Shown: piece by piece, positions 9,761-19,428 of the stretch
Layout: each line of letters begins with the position of its first letter
Position numbering within the stretch: position 1 is the first letter of the stretch
Source: an uncultured delta proteobacterium
GTDB lineage: Bacteria > Desulfobacterota > Binatia > DP-6
Length of the DNA stretch: 64,000 nucleotides
Direction of reading: 5' to 3'
Assembly (NCBI GenBank): GCA_963815115.1
Contig: CAWFFN010000008.1
Span: 544,001 to 608,000, forward strand
Position numbers and translations under genes: made by a program
Notes under the pieces: model-generated
What the model saw: the letters and a program-made list of their open reading frames with translations, nothing else
What the model was told of the DNA's origin: nothing
Databases searched by the model: none

Positions 9761-10332
9761 TTACCGGGCGGCCCGAGCCGAGGACCACGCAGGTCGCACC
9801 GGCGCGGCCGGGCGGAAGCGCGTCAGCGACGCCCACCATGGGCCCTGCTTCCGCTCGACCACCAAGCCCGCGTCCGCGGCGAGCTGGGTCAGCTTCCGCT
9901 CGGCCACGTAGTCGGGATCGAGCACGGTCTCGCCGATCACGAGGCGTCCCGCGGGCGTCAGGACCCGTCTGAGCTCGCGGAGCGCGCGGGCCGGGTCGGC
10001 AGCTCGCCCAGGACGCCGATCAGATAGGCGGCGTCGAAGCTCGCATCGGCGAACGGGAGGGTGCACGCGTCGCCGTGGCGAACGTCGACGTTGCCGATCC
10101 CCGCCCGTGCGGCGCGCGCGGCGAGCGCGTCGAGCATCGCCTGCTGGGCGTCGAGGACCTGGAGCCGACCGTCGGGCGCGAGCGCCGCCGCCACCGGCAG
10201 CGCGTGGACGCCGATCCCCCGGCCGATCTCGAGCATCCGCTCGCCGGAGCGGGGTGCGAGGATGCCGAGGACGTGGCGCGGCGCGTGCGGCCCGCGCGGG
10301 AGGAGCAGGACCCAGCGGATTGCGTACGGCAT
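9761..10332 (-). pseudogene. class I SAM-dependent methyltransferase, frameshifted near 9998, probably N-truncated
   Basis: LEIGRGIG, GDACTLPFADASFDAAY then frame switch to DPARALRELRRVLTPAG. Confidence 0.7.
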
Positions 10333-10349
10333 GGGGCCGGGATGCGTCC

Positions 10350-10940
10350 GTGCCGAAACAGGATCGCGGTCGGGCGACCGTGGACGCCATCCTCGCTGCA
10401 ACCGCTCAGGTTCTCGTGCGCCACGGCTTCGAGGGCGCGAGCACGAACCGGATCGCTGCCCGCGCCGGGGTGAGCATCGGCTCGCTGTATCAGTACTACC
10501 CGAGCAAGGAGGCGCTCGTTTCGGCGGTGCAGGAGCGGCACGTGGCCGACATGCTGGGCACGATGGAGCGCGCCCTCGGCCGCCTCCTGACGCGCCCGAT
10601 CCGCAGCGCGGCGCGGGAGATGGTCCGCGCGATGATCGCCGCGCACGCCGTCGACCCCGCCCTTCACCGCGTGCTGATGGAGCAGGCCCCGCGGGTGGTG
10701 CCGACCGACCGAGCCGCCGAGCTCGAGCGGCGCTTCGAGGCGCTCGTGCTGACATACCTGGGAGCCCATCGCGGTGCGGTCCGGCCGCGGAACCTCCCGC
10801 TGGCGGCGTTCGTCGTCGTGCACGTCACCGAGGCGCTGGCGCACGCGGCCGTGCTCGACCGGCCCGATGTGTTCGCGTCCGATGCCTTCGTCGACGAGGT
10901 GACCGAGCTCCTCGTGCGCTACGTCGCCGCCGACCATTAG
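10350..10940 (+). CDS. TetR/AcrR-family transcriptional regulator
   Basis: PKQDRGRATVDAIL...TNRIAARAGVSIGSLYQYYPSKEAL HTH. Confidence 0.9.
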   Translation: MPKQDRGRATVDAILAATAQVLVRHGFEGASTNRIAARAGVSIGSLYQYYPSKEALVSAVQERHVADMLGTMERALGRLLTRPIRSAAREMVRAMIAAHAVDPALHRVLMEQAPRVVPTDRAAELERRFEALVLTYLGAHRGAVRPRNLPLAAFVVVHVTEALAHAAVLDRPDVFASDAFVDEVTELLVRYVAADH

Positions 10941-11022
10941 GGGAGGAGCCGGTCCGCCAGCCGCCTCGGGCGTTGCGTCTGCGGTGGGCACGTAGCATGG
11001 TCCGCACACATTGGGAGAACCC

Positions 11023-11124
11023 ATGACGCCCCCCCCCGCAGACGACGTGCTGACGCCCGCCGACGCGGCCGAGGGTGTCGCCGCCTTCCTCGAACGCCGC
11101 GCACCGGTTCTCCGGGGCGTGTGA
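11023..11124 (+). pseudogene. C-terminal remnant of an enoyl-CoA hydratase/crotonase
   Basis: 33-aa ORF ending ADAAEGVAAFLERRAPVLRGV, the typical crotonase tail. Confidence 0.55.
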
Positions 11125-11138
11125 GACAGGAGCGATCC

Positions 11139-12152
11139 GTGGCCGAACCCCAGGTATCGGCGCTCGCCTCTTCGGGCACGAGCGCCGTCTTCTTGGTCTT
11201 GACCGTGAGCCCGGGCGAGGACGCGGCCGCACGCGTCCGCGACGTGTGCGCGAACATGCCGGCGTTCGTGCGCAGCGTCGGGCGTCGCGACTCGGGTGGC
11301 GGACTGAGCTGCGTGGTGGCCATCGGTGCCGATGCCTGGGAACGCCTCGCGCCCGGGAGGACCCGGCCCGCACAGCTGCACGCGTTCCGGGCGCTCGCCG
11401 ATGGCCCGCGCACGGCGCCCGCGACGCCCGGCGACCTGCTGTTCCACATTCGCGCCAATCGTCGCGACTTCTGCCACGAGCTGTCGCGCATCGTCATCGA
11501 CAAGCTCGGCGACGCGGTGCAGGTCGTCGACGAGACACACGGCTTCGCGTACATGGACAACCGCGACCTCATCGGCTTCGTGGACGGCACCGAGAATCCG
11601 GCGGGCGGCGCGCGGAACCTCTGGACGGTCGTCGGCGATGAAGAGCCCGACAACGCCGGCGGCAGCTACGTCACCGTCCAGCGCTACGTGACCGACTTCG
11701 CGACGTGGGGCGCGCTGCCCACCGAGGAGCAGGAGAAGGCGATCGGTCGCACGAAGGCCGACGACATCGAGCTCGACGATACCGTGTCTCCCCCGAGCGC
11801 GCACAAGGAACGCACCACGATCGTACGTGACGGCGAAGAGCACAAGATCTTGCGCCACAACATGGCGTGGGGATCGACGGCCGAATCCGGCACCTACTTC
11901 ATCGGCTACGCACGTGATCTTTCGGTCACCGAGGACATGCTCCACCGCATGTTCGTCGCCGATGCCGACGGCGTCTACGACCGCCTCGTCGACTTCAGCA
12001 CTCCGGTGACCGGAACGAACTTCTTCGCGCCGTCGCTCGAGGTGCTCGAGGCGCTGGCCGACCAGCCGGTGCAGGCCGCCGCCGATGCGCCGACGGCGGC
12101 AACGCCGTGCGATGGAGCGCTCGGGATCGGAAGCCTGCGGTCGGTGCGCTGA
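11139..12152 (+). CDS. DyP-type peroxidase with C-terminal encapsulin cargo-loading peptide
   Basis: GFVDGTENP, IGRTK, SAH and ILRHNM motifs; ends DGALGIGSLRSVR; AGGAG RBS before GTG. Confidence 0.92.
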   Translation: MAEPQVSALASSGTSAVFLVLTVSPGEDAAARVRDVCANMPAFVRSVGRRDSGGGLSCVVAIGADAWERLAPGRTRPAQLHAFRALADGPRTAPATPGDLLFHIRANRRDFCHELSRIVIDKLGDAVQVVDETHGFAYMDNRDLIGFVDGTENPAGGARNLWTVVGDEEPDNAGGSYVTVQRYVTDFATWGALPTEEQEKAIGRTKADDIELDDTVSPPSAHKERTTIVRDGEEHKILRHNMAWGSTAESGTYFIGYARDLSVTEDMLHRMFVADADGVYDRLVDFSTPVTGTNFFAPSLEVLEALADQPVQAAADAPTAATPCDGALGIGSLRSVR

Positions 12153-12501
12153 CGACGCACCTGCGCAGCCAGTAGCACGCAGTTCTGCGTACGTAGTATT
12201 CCGGCTTCCTCGGGTGTCTGCGTACCCGCTATACGAGTGCGGCTCGGGCTGTAACGAACACCGGGGAGGGCGTCACGTCAGCTCACGGGAGTGCGGTCTT
12301 TCGGAGTGTCGACGTCGTCCGTGATGCCGGCACGGCGTTCCACTGCTTGGTGGGAGACGAGCGGGTATGGATCCCGCTCACCGAGATCCACCGTGGCACC
12401 GATCTGACCAAGACCGGCGATCACGGTACGCTCATCATCCCGGGGTGGCTCGCGCGGATGCGGGGTCTTCGCCGCGCGCCATAGGGCTCGGGCTGCAACC
12501 G

Positions 12502-13527
12502 ATGTCCAGCACCACGGCTCGCAGTGAAGTTCACCGTGCGCGTGCCGGTGGAGAGGACACTGGCCTTTGCACGCGTGCCCACCGTGGCACGCGCGGGCAC
12601 GCATCGGGCCGTCGGCACGGGAGTCCTCGGTGCGCGACCACGGCGAGCGAGGTCTGGGGACTGATCCTGGCGGGAGGCGACGGCACGCGGCTCCAGGGGC
12701 TCACCCGGGCGCTCACCGGGGCCCCGATACCCAAGCAGTACTGCCGCATCGGCGGGGATCGCTCGATGCTCGAGACGACCCTGGCACGCCTGGAGCCGCT
12801 CCTGCCCCCGTCACGCACGCTCGCGATCGTAAACCGGGACCACCTCTCGCTGGCCGCTGACCAGCTTCGCGGCCTGCCCGTGCCGAACGTGCTCGTGCAG
12901 CCGAGGAACTACGACACCGGCCCCGGACTGCTCTTTAGCCTGCTGCGCCTCGAGCGACGCGACCCATGGGCCACGGTGGCCGTCTTCCCGAGCGACCACT
13001 ACATCCGGGAGCATCGCGCCTTTCTCTCCCACGTCGCCCGCGCGATCGCGCTCGTCCACCGTTTCCCGACCGAGATCGTCCTGCTCGGCATGACGCCGGA
13101 CCGGCTGGAGGCCGGGTTCGGCTACCTCGAGCCCGGACCGCCGCTGCCCGGGGACGCCGCGGCGTTTCGCGTCGTCTCGTTCGTCGAGAAGCCGACCCCC
13201 GAGATGGCTGCGGACATCATTCGCCGGGGCGGCCTCTGGAACTCGTTCGTGATGGTGTTTCGCCTCGACAGGATGCTAACGCTCCTACGCCGTCGGCGCC
13301 CGTGGGACTGCGCCGTGCTGCGCCAGCTCGACGAGGATGCCTATCCAGCGCTCACCCCGTGGAATGCCTCGCGCGACTTCCTGGCGCACATCCCGGCCGC
13401 GCTCACCGTGTTGCAGGTCGATGACGTCGGCTGGAGCGACTGGGGGACCCCCGAGGCGATCGAGCGGACGTTCCGCGACCTCGACCTCGCCCCGCCATGG
13501 GCCCTCGCCGGTTCATGCGGGCGATGA
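12502..13527 (+). CDS. sugar-phosphate nucleotidyltransferase (mannose-1-P guanylyltransferase-like)
   Basis: ILAGGDGTRL, PKQY, QPRNYDTGPG, PSDH, EKP and WSDWG motifs; start uncertain. Confidence 0.85.
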   Translation: MSSTTARSEVHRARAGGEDTGLCTRAHRGTRGHASGRRHGSPRCATTASEVWGLILAGGDGTRLQGLTRALTGAPIPKQYCRIGGDRSMLETTLARLEPLLPPSRTLAIVNRDHLSLAADQLRGLPVPNVLVQPRNYDTGPGLLFSLLRLERRDPWATVAVFPSDHYIREHRAFLSHVARAIALVHRFPTEIVLLGMTPDRLEAGFGYLEPGPPLPGDAAAFRVVSFVEKPTPEMAADIIRRGGLWNSFVMVFRLDRMLTLLRRRRPWDCAVLRQLDEDAYPALTPWNASRDFLAHIPAALTVLQVDDVGWSDWGTPEAIERTFRDLDLAPPWALAGSCGR

Positions 13528-13528
13528 C

Positions 13529-14710
13529 ATGAGCACGCCGATCTTGCCTGGCAGGAGGGAAAAACCCGCCATGCCTTCGCGGGACTCGGACGCGCTGCGC
13601 ACTCTCGGGCTAACGGCCGCGCGCTGGCACGCCATCCTCGACACGGCGCAGGATGCCATCATCTGCATCTCGACGGGCGGCGAGATCACGCTCTTCAACG
13701 CCTGCGCGGAGCGCATGTTCGGGTACGCTGCGGATGAGGTGCTGGGCCAGAACGTCGGGCTGCTGATGCCGGCGCCATACCGTGACGAGCACGAGGGGTA
13801 CGTCAGCAGCTACCTCGCCACGGGGGTCCCCAAGGCGATCGGTCGCGTCCGCCAGGTGCAGGCGCAACGGAAGAGCGGCGAGGTCTTCCCCATCGAGCTC
13901 ACGGTGTCGGAAGCCGTGGTGGGCGACGAGACCTTGTTCAACGCCATCATCCGCGACGTGAGCGAGCGCGATCAGGCCCAGGTCGAACGGATCCGGCTGA
14001 ACATGCTGCTGCACCAGCACGAACGCCTCGCCGACATCGGGGCGGTGACCGCGCGCATCGTCCATGACTTCGGGAACCCTCTCGCGGGCCTCTCCATGAC
14101 CGCGCAGCACATGCTCCGTCGCATCGATCGCGGGCCCACGTCCCCCGCGGAGGAGTTGCGGGGCCCCCTCGAGCGCCTCATCGCGACCACGCGACACCTC
14201 GACGCGCTGCTCCACGACTTCAAGGACTTTGCCCGTGAATACCGGTTGAGTCTGGAGCCGGTCGCGCTCGCCCCGTTCCTCGAAGACGTCATGCGGACGT
14301 GGCAACCGGAAGCCGAAGACCGCGACGTGAGGCTGACGCTGGAGGCTACGGTCGAGCTGGCGGTCCGCATCGACCGTCACCAATGCCGGCGGGTGTTCGA
14401 CAACCTCTTGAAGAATGCGCTGGAGGCCATCGACCGCGGACCGGGTCGGGTGAACGTACGCGCCGCCATGCTCACGCCCGAGACGGTCCGCGTGTCGGTG
14501 CTCGACAGCGGGCCCGGCATCCCGGAGGGCCTCGACGTCTTCGCCCTCTTCGAGACGACGAAGCCCTACGGCACCGGTCTCGGGCTCCCCATCTGCAAGC
14601 AGATCCTCACGGCGCACGGCGGTGGCCTCAACTTTGCACCGATGACCCCTCATGGAGCGGCCTTCCATGTGGATCTGCTCATCAAGGGCCCCCGGCTCGC
14701 GGTGGGGTAG
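13529..14710 (+). CDS. PAS-domain sensor histidine kinase (FixL-like PAS)
   Basis: LMPAPYRDEHEGYVSSYLATG PAS; H-box HDFGNPL; NALEA, DSGPG and GTGLGL motifs. Confidence 0.9.
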   Translation: MSTPILPGRREKPAMPSRDSDALRTLGLTAARWHAILDTAQDAIICISTGGEITLFNACAERMFGYAADEVLGQNVGLLMPAPYRDEHEGYVSSYLATGVPKAIGRVRQVQAQRKSGEVFPIELTVSEAVVGDETLFNAIIRDVSERDQAQVERIRLNMLLHQHERLADIGAVTARIVHDFGNPLAGLSMTAQHMLRRIDRGPTSPAEELRGPLERLIATTRHLDALLHDFKDFAREYRLSLEPVALAPFLEDVMRTWQPEAEDRDVRLTLEATVELAVRIDRHQCRRVFDNLLKNALEAIDRGPGRVNVRAAMLTPETVRVSVLDSGPGIPEGLDVFALFETTKPYGTGLGLPICKQILTAHGGGLNFAPMTPHGAAFHVDLLIKGPRLAVG

Positions 14711-14737
14711 GAATTACCGTGGCCGTCGTTCGCGAGG

Positions 14738-15130
14738 ATGGGAAATACGACCTTGACCGCGATGTCCGTCGCCTGTGCCGGGTGCCCGATCATCCTGGTG
14801 GACGACGAGACGATCTTTCGCTTGGCGCTCGCGGAGACGCTCCGCGACGACGGCCACGAGGTGTTCGACTATCCGTCGGCGACGGCGGTCCCGGCATTCG
14901 TCACGTTGCCGGCCGCGGCGATCCTCGTCACCGACTTCGAGATGCCCGGGCCCAACGGTGTGGCGCTCGCCGATGCGTTCCGGCGCGCGCGCCCGTCAGC
15001 GCAGGCGATCCTGCTGAGCGCCTACACCATCCCGGCCGTGGACGGCGCGGTGGCCACGAGGCCATGGCTCCGCTTCATGTCGAAACCGCTCGACTACGAC
15101 GTCCTGCACGCGCTCATTCACGACCTCTGA
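14738..15130 (+). CDS. single-domain response regulator
   Basis: ILVDDE, TDFEMP, LLSA and SKP receiver motifs. Confidence 0.88.
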   Translation: MGNTTLTAMSVACAGCPIILVDDETIFRLALAETLRDDGHEVFDYPSATAVPAFVTLPAAAILVTDFEMPGPNGVALADAFRRARPSAQAILLSAYTIPAVDGAVATRPWLRFMSKPLDYDVLHALIHDL

Positions 15131-15231
15131 GGGCGCACCGGGTGCATCAGCCGAGAAGGCGCTGAACTGCCAGGCAGCGGGGGGTTGCTTCGCGACGCGC
15201 CGAACTGGTTGTTGATGAACGCCTGGGTCGT

Positions 15232-15330
15232 GTTGGTGACCAGGACGTCGGGCTCTGGACATGCCGCGACCGGCCGATCGCGTCCCTCCTCGGTGCAGAG
15301 ATCCGCGACGACCGGCGTGACCCGGGCGCC
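15232..15330 (-). pseudogene. internal fragment of an SDR oxidoreductase
   Basis: GARVTPVVADLCTEEGRDRPVAACPEPDVLVTN resembles the SDR segment before NNAG; rest of gene absent. Confidence 0.5.
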
Positions 15331-15472
15331 CCTGCAGAAGGGGAAGGGACGGTGAGCGCCCGAGATCAGGACTTCTGTCAGCCTTCCCGAAAGGGTCTTC
15401 ACCCCCGCTATCTACTCGCGATCGCGTCGGGACGGGAAGGCGGAGATGCGGGAGCGCTCGAGTGTGCCGTCG

Positions 15473-15868
15473 TCAGCGAGGCAACTGGAACTGGCAGGAG
15501 GGACCAGACGCTCGGCTCAGCCGTCGATCAAGAGTCGCGAGCGGAAGGTCGAACGCCTCGGCGACGGCGACATACCAGGCATCGTAGCTGGTGACGTTCC
15601 GGCGAAGATCCCACACGCGTTCGGCGAAGGGCTCGAATGGAACCAGCACCATGTGGAGGCCGAGTAGATCTCTCTGCGCAGCAGTGGCCTCGAGGCGGCT
15701 CAGCTGCTTCGCGCTCTCGAGACGACGCAAGATATTGGTGGCCTCCACCAGGACGAGGTGCGGTGCCACGATACCGCCTTCTGCCAGCACCTGTTCGGCC
15801 CAAACCCCTTCGGGGCCCGCGTCCGTCGTCGCGGCCACGAGCACCGACCCGTCGACGACGGCGCTCAC
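15473..15868 (-). CDS. vapC: VapC-family PIN toxin
   Basis: VVDGSV, APHLVLVE, YDAWYVAVAE and LATLDRRL motifs. Confidence 0.92.
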   Translation of the reverse strand: MSAVVDGSVLVAATTDAGPEGVWAEQVLAEGGIVAPHLVLVEATNILRRLESAKQLSRLEATAAQRDLLGLHMVLVPFEPFAERVWDLRRNVTSYDAWYVAVAEAFDLPLATLDRRLSRASGPSCQFQLPR

Positions 15869-16101
15869 CGCCGGTCGGCGTCCCGATGCCCGAGAATCTG
15901 CTTCGCAGACACCCGCGCGCCGGCCGCATGCTTCCGATCGCGCACCCGCTCGAGCCAGGTGTGGATGGAGGGACGGGCGACGAGGCGCTCCAGCTCCTCC
16001 TTGAGATATTCCTGCATGGACTTGCGGTCGCGAGCTGCGCGGGCGGCGAGCTCGTCACGGACGTCCTCCGGCACATCCCGAATCGTGATCTGAACTCCCA
16101 T
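15865..16101 (-). CDS. RHH (FitA-like) antitoxin
   Basis: QITIRDVPEDVRDELAARAA...SMQEYL; GTGA overlap with toxin. Confidence 0.88.
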   Translation of the reverse strand: MGVQITIRDVPEDVRDELAARAARDRKSMQEYLKEELERLVARPSIHTWLERVRDRKHAAGARVSAKQILGHRDADRR

Positions 16102-16458
16102 GGCAGCGATATGCCATCACTGAAGGCAGTTTGCAATCGGGCGGAGAGTGAGACTCGGGACGCCCGGCCGCAACCCGTTCCTTCGTACGTGGCCAGGATC
16201 GCCCGCGTCTCGGACGCTTCCGGCGTGAGCCCGATGTGGACGATTCCGTCCCCGGGAAGGGTGAAGGGATGGTGAAGCGTCCGAGATCGGGTTACGTCAA
16301 CGTTCGGGCCTGTATGGGCGCTATCTCCTGAAGACCGCGGGCGGCGGCGCGCCGCTCGCCGCCAGCTTCCCGGCCGAGGCCGCGCGGCAGTCGGCACGGG
16401 CGCCGGGGGATACTCGACGCCCGTGTCGACGAGCCGCGAACCGGTGACGGCCCAAAGC

Positions 16459-16872
16459 CTACTGCAGTGGGGCGGATCGGATCGGGCGCAGGTTCGAGAC
16501 GTTGAACTGGTCCAGCTCGTGCTTGTAGAGGACCAGCGTTCCCCGGAGATTCGTGGTCGACGCTGCCGTCGCGACGCACGCGAAGGCCTGGAGGTTGTTG
16601 TTGTTGATGACCGCGGAAACGGAGCAGAACTGGCCTGCGCCCAGCGGTCCGCTGCAGTCCGTCGTCGTTCTCGTCACTCCGCTGTCGTCGAGGATCTTGA
16701 CCGTCACCCCCGAAAGGGGCCTCGTCCCGCTGTTCAGGACCACGCATTCGGCGAAATCCTGGAGGAAGTTTCCGTGGATGTCCGGCGTGGCGATCATCCG
16801 GGCAGCCCGCGCGAGACCTCCCGTAGCCACCATGCCGGCGAAGGCCATCGCAACGATGAGAGTCTTCTTCAT
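16459..16872 (-). CDS. secreted hypothetical protein (paralog A)
   Basis: Signal peptide MKKTLIVAMAFAG...; 4 Cys; similar to neighbouring gene. Confidence 0.75.
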   Translation of the reverse strand: MKKTLIVAMAFAGMVATGGLARAARMIATPDIHGNFLQDFAECVVLNSGTRPLSGVTVKILDDSGVTRTTTDCSGPLGAGQFCSVSAVINNNNLQAFACVATAASTTNLRGTLVLYKHELDQFNVSNLRPIRSAPLQ

Positions 16873-16904
16873 GGCACACTCCTTGTGTTGGGAATGAACG
16901 ACCG

Positions 16905-17303
16905 CTAGCGCAGGTCTTCTGCGACGATCGTGTTGAATTGGGTTTCGGCTTCGAGCGTCGCCCGCAGATTCTTCACGTTCTGAGCCGTGACCGTGCAGGC
17001 GGCGAAGGAGTCGTCGGGCAGGAACGACTGCACGTAGCAACTCTCTCCCCCAGCCAGGGTCCGCGGCCCCCCTTCGCCCTGGCAGGAGTCGAAGAGGGGG
17101 ACCACCGCGTTGTTCGAGAAGAGCGAGACCGTCACCGTGACGGGCGCGGTGCCGACGTTCCGGACGCGGCACGTGCCCGAGTCCAAGAGGTTGGTGGCGA
17201 ATGGGTGAGTGGGGAGCGGGGGGCTCACGAGCTGCGCCGCCTGGGCGAAGCCGGCAAGCCCCAAGAGGAGCGCGAACGCGGTCTGAACAGCGTACGTCTT
17301 CAT
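16905..17303 (-). CDS. secreted hypothetical protein (paralog B)
   Basis: Signal peptide; GAGG RBS; shares C.V.N.GT.P, L..G..C.V and AC..TA....NLR.TL with paralog A. Confidence 0.75.
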   Translation of the reverse strand: MKTYAVQTAFALLLGLAGFAQAAQLVSPPLPTHPFATNLLDSGTCRVRNVGTAPVTVTVSLFSNNAVVPLFDSCQGEGGPRTLAGGESCYVQSFLPDDSFAACTVTAQNVKNLRATLEAETQFNTIVAEDLR

Positions 17304-17667
17304 GGTCACCTCGATGGTTGATGCCTGGCTCGGGAGCGAGACGCATCGAGCCGGGCGGTTGACTGTCACTGCCTACGGAACGGGGCACGCGAGCTGAGCT
17401 GGTCCCATCGCTTTCCTCCTTTCGTTGGCCGAGGCCGGCTACGCGGGAGTCCCCCGCTCGGCGCCTCGTGGTCGGTGTCGTCCCTGCGAGGTACGTCCAC
17501 CGGCACGGCGGGTTTCGCTCGGAGACTCGTCCGCGACCGGCGTTGCCACTGCTGCCTGAGCGCCGCGGCGGCGGCTTGCCTACACGCCGTCCGTTTCATA
17601 GATCGTGGTTCAGGTCGGGCCGGCGCCGGGGGGGCGATCCGAACACTTCGTTCGAGAAGGGACGCCC

Positions 17668-19428
17668 ATGCCGACACGCCTCTCCCTCGTGCTCCTGGTC
17701 GTGGCTGCAACGATCGCCCGGGCCCAGACGTGCCCTCCCGGCACACGCAGCGTCTCCTTCGTGAACGACTGCGGCGCCCAGGTCTGGGTCGGAGCGGTCG
17801 GGAACCGGACCCACACCGTCGCCGGCGCTCCCACGTGCGCGGTGAACGCCGAGTGCGCGGCGAACCAGTACTGCGACGCGACGATCACCACGGAGTGCAC
17901 GTACATCCCGGTGAACGGCACGGTCAGCACGACGGCCACGGCGTGCACGACGAACGGCGACTGCCCGGGAGACCAGTTCTGCTACACCGCCACCGGCACC
18001 TGCGCGTCACTGCCGACCGACGGCAACGGCTGGTCGCTCGGGTCCGGCACCAGCACGGCCGTGTGCGTGGCGGCGCCGTGGGCGGGCCGGTTCTGGCCGC
18101 GCACCGGCTGCACGTTCAGCGGCACGACCTGCAGCAACGGAACGCAGTGCTGCGACACCGGAAGCTGCCTCGGCACCGACGACAAGACGTTCTCACTCCA
18201 TTGCGCGCTCTCCGCCGTGCCGCCGGCCACGCTGGCGGAGCTCGCGCTGCTCGCCTATCCCACCAGCGACACGTACGACGTGAGCAACGTCGACGGCTTC
18301 AACGTCCCGCTGGAGGTCGCGCCCAACGCGGGCACGTACGACCCGACGCCACCGCCGGGGACGCTCTACGTGCCGTGGTGCGGGCGTCCGGGATGCGCCA
18401 CGGGTTGTGGCAGCCAGCAGGCTTGCACCTGGAACCTCGGACCGACGTCGTGCCCGACGCAGATGCTGTACGTGGTCCCGCAGCGCTGCACCAAGAACAC
18501 CGATTGTCCGACGCCGACCTCGCAGTGCACGCCCGCCGGTATCTGCACGTGCTCCACCGCCGCCGACTGCGGCGGCGGCCAGGTGTGCGGCGTGTCGCCG
18601 CTGAACGGCGGCACCCAGACCTGTGGCACCTACGCCGGCTGCTACAGCGCGAACGCCGCCTGCGCCGCCGATCCCGCGCTCGGCGCTCCGCTCGACTGCG
18701 GCGCGAACGCCCCGCTCTTCGGCTGCACCGGCGCCGTCTACGGCGCATCGTGCTACACCGCGGGTGCCACGTCGGCGTGCTGCGGCTGTCCGTCGTGGTC
18801 GCCGCCCGGCACCTGTCAGGCGAGCAATGCCGCCTGGACGACGCTGGCGCAGACGACGGCGCTGCCCCCAAGCCCGGTCGGCTCCGCGCAGACGTTCCAC
18901 GACGCCTGTCCGACGGCCTACAGCTACCAGTACGACGACAAGGTGAGCACGTTCAATTGCCTCGGCCAGAGCACGGCCAGCGGGGTCGGCTACACGATCA
19001 CGTTCTGCCCGGGGTCCACGGTCCCCGGCGGCGGATGCACGTCGGCGGCCGACTGTCCCGCCGGCGACCCGTGCACGCAGGCGACGTGCACCGACGGCAA
19101 GTGCGGCTCGCAGCCCCTCTCGGGTTTCCCGGGCGTCGCGTGCGTGTGCGGCCGCACCAATCCGAGCGCATGCGCTGACACCTCGTTGCCGCGGCCGGTG
19201 TCGAAGCGCGTCACGATGGCCTGTCGCCGCATCGAGAAGGCGCGCGACGCCCGCAAGCGCCTCGCCCGCATGCGGCTCGGCGGCGCGGCGATGGAGCTCG
19301 GCCGCGCGACGCAGGCCGCGCGCCGCCTCGGTCGCCGGGACAAGCTCTCCGCGCCGTGCGCCTCCGCCCTCGAGGCGACGCTGGGCGACGCCCGCGAGCG
19401 CGCCCGGGCGCTCCGTCGCGAGCTCTGA
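17668..19428 (+). CDS. secreted thaumatin/PR-5-like protein with Cys-rich inserts and basic C-terminal domain
   Basis: GRFWPRTGC, PPATLAE, YDVSNVDGFNVP, ACPTAYSYQYDD and YTITFCP thaumatin motifs. Confidence 0.88.
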   Translation: MPTRLSLVLLVVAATIARAQTCPPGTRSVSFVNDCGAQVWVGAVGNRTHTVAGAPTCAVNAECAANQYCDATITTECTYIPVNGTVSTTATACTTNGDCPGDQFCYTATGTCASLPTDGNGWSLGSGTSTAVCVAAPWAGRFWPRTGCTFSGTTCSNGTQCCDTGSCLGTDDKTFSLHCALSAVPPATLAELALLAYPTSDTYDVSNVDGFNVPLEVAPNAGTYDPTPPPGTLYVPWCGRPGCATGCGSQQACTWNLGPTSCPTQMLYVVPQRCTKNTDCPTPTSQCTPAGICTCSTAADCGGGQVCGVSPLNGGTQTCGTYAGCYSANAACAADPALGAPLDCGANAPLFGCTGAVYGASCYTAGATSACCGCPSWSPPGTCQASNAAWTTLAQTTALPPSPVGSAQTFHDACPTAYSYQYDDKVSTFNCLGQSTASGVGYTITFCPGSTVPGGGCTSAADCPAGDPCTQATCTDGKCGSQPLSGFPGVACVCGRTNPSACADTSLPRPVSKRVTMACRRIEKARDARKRLARMRLGGAAMELGRATQAARRLGRRDKLSAPCASALEATLGDARERARALRREL

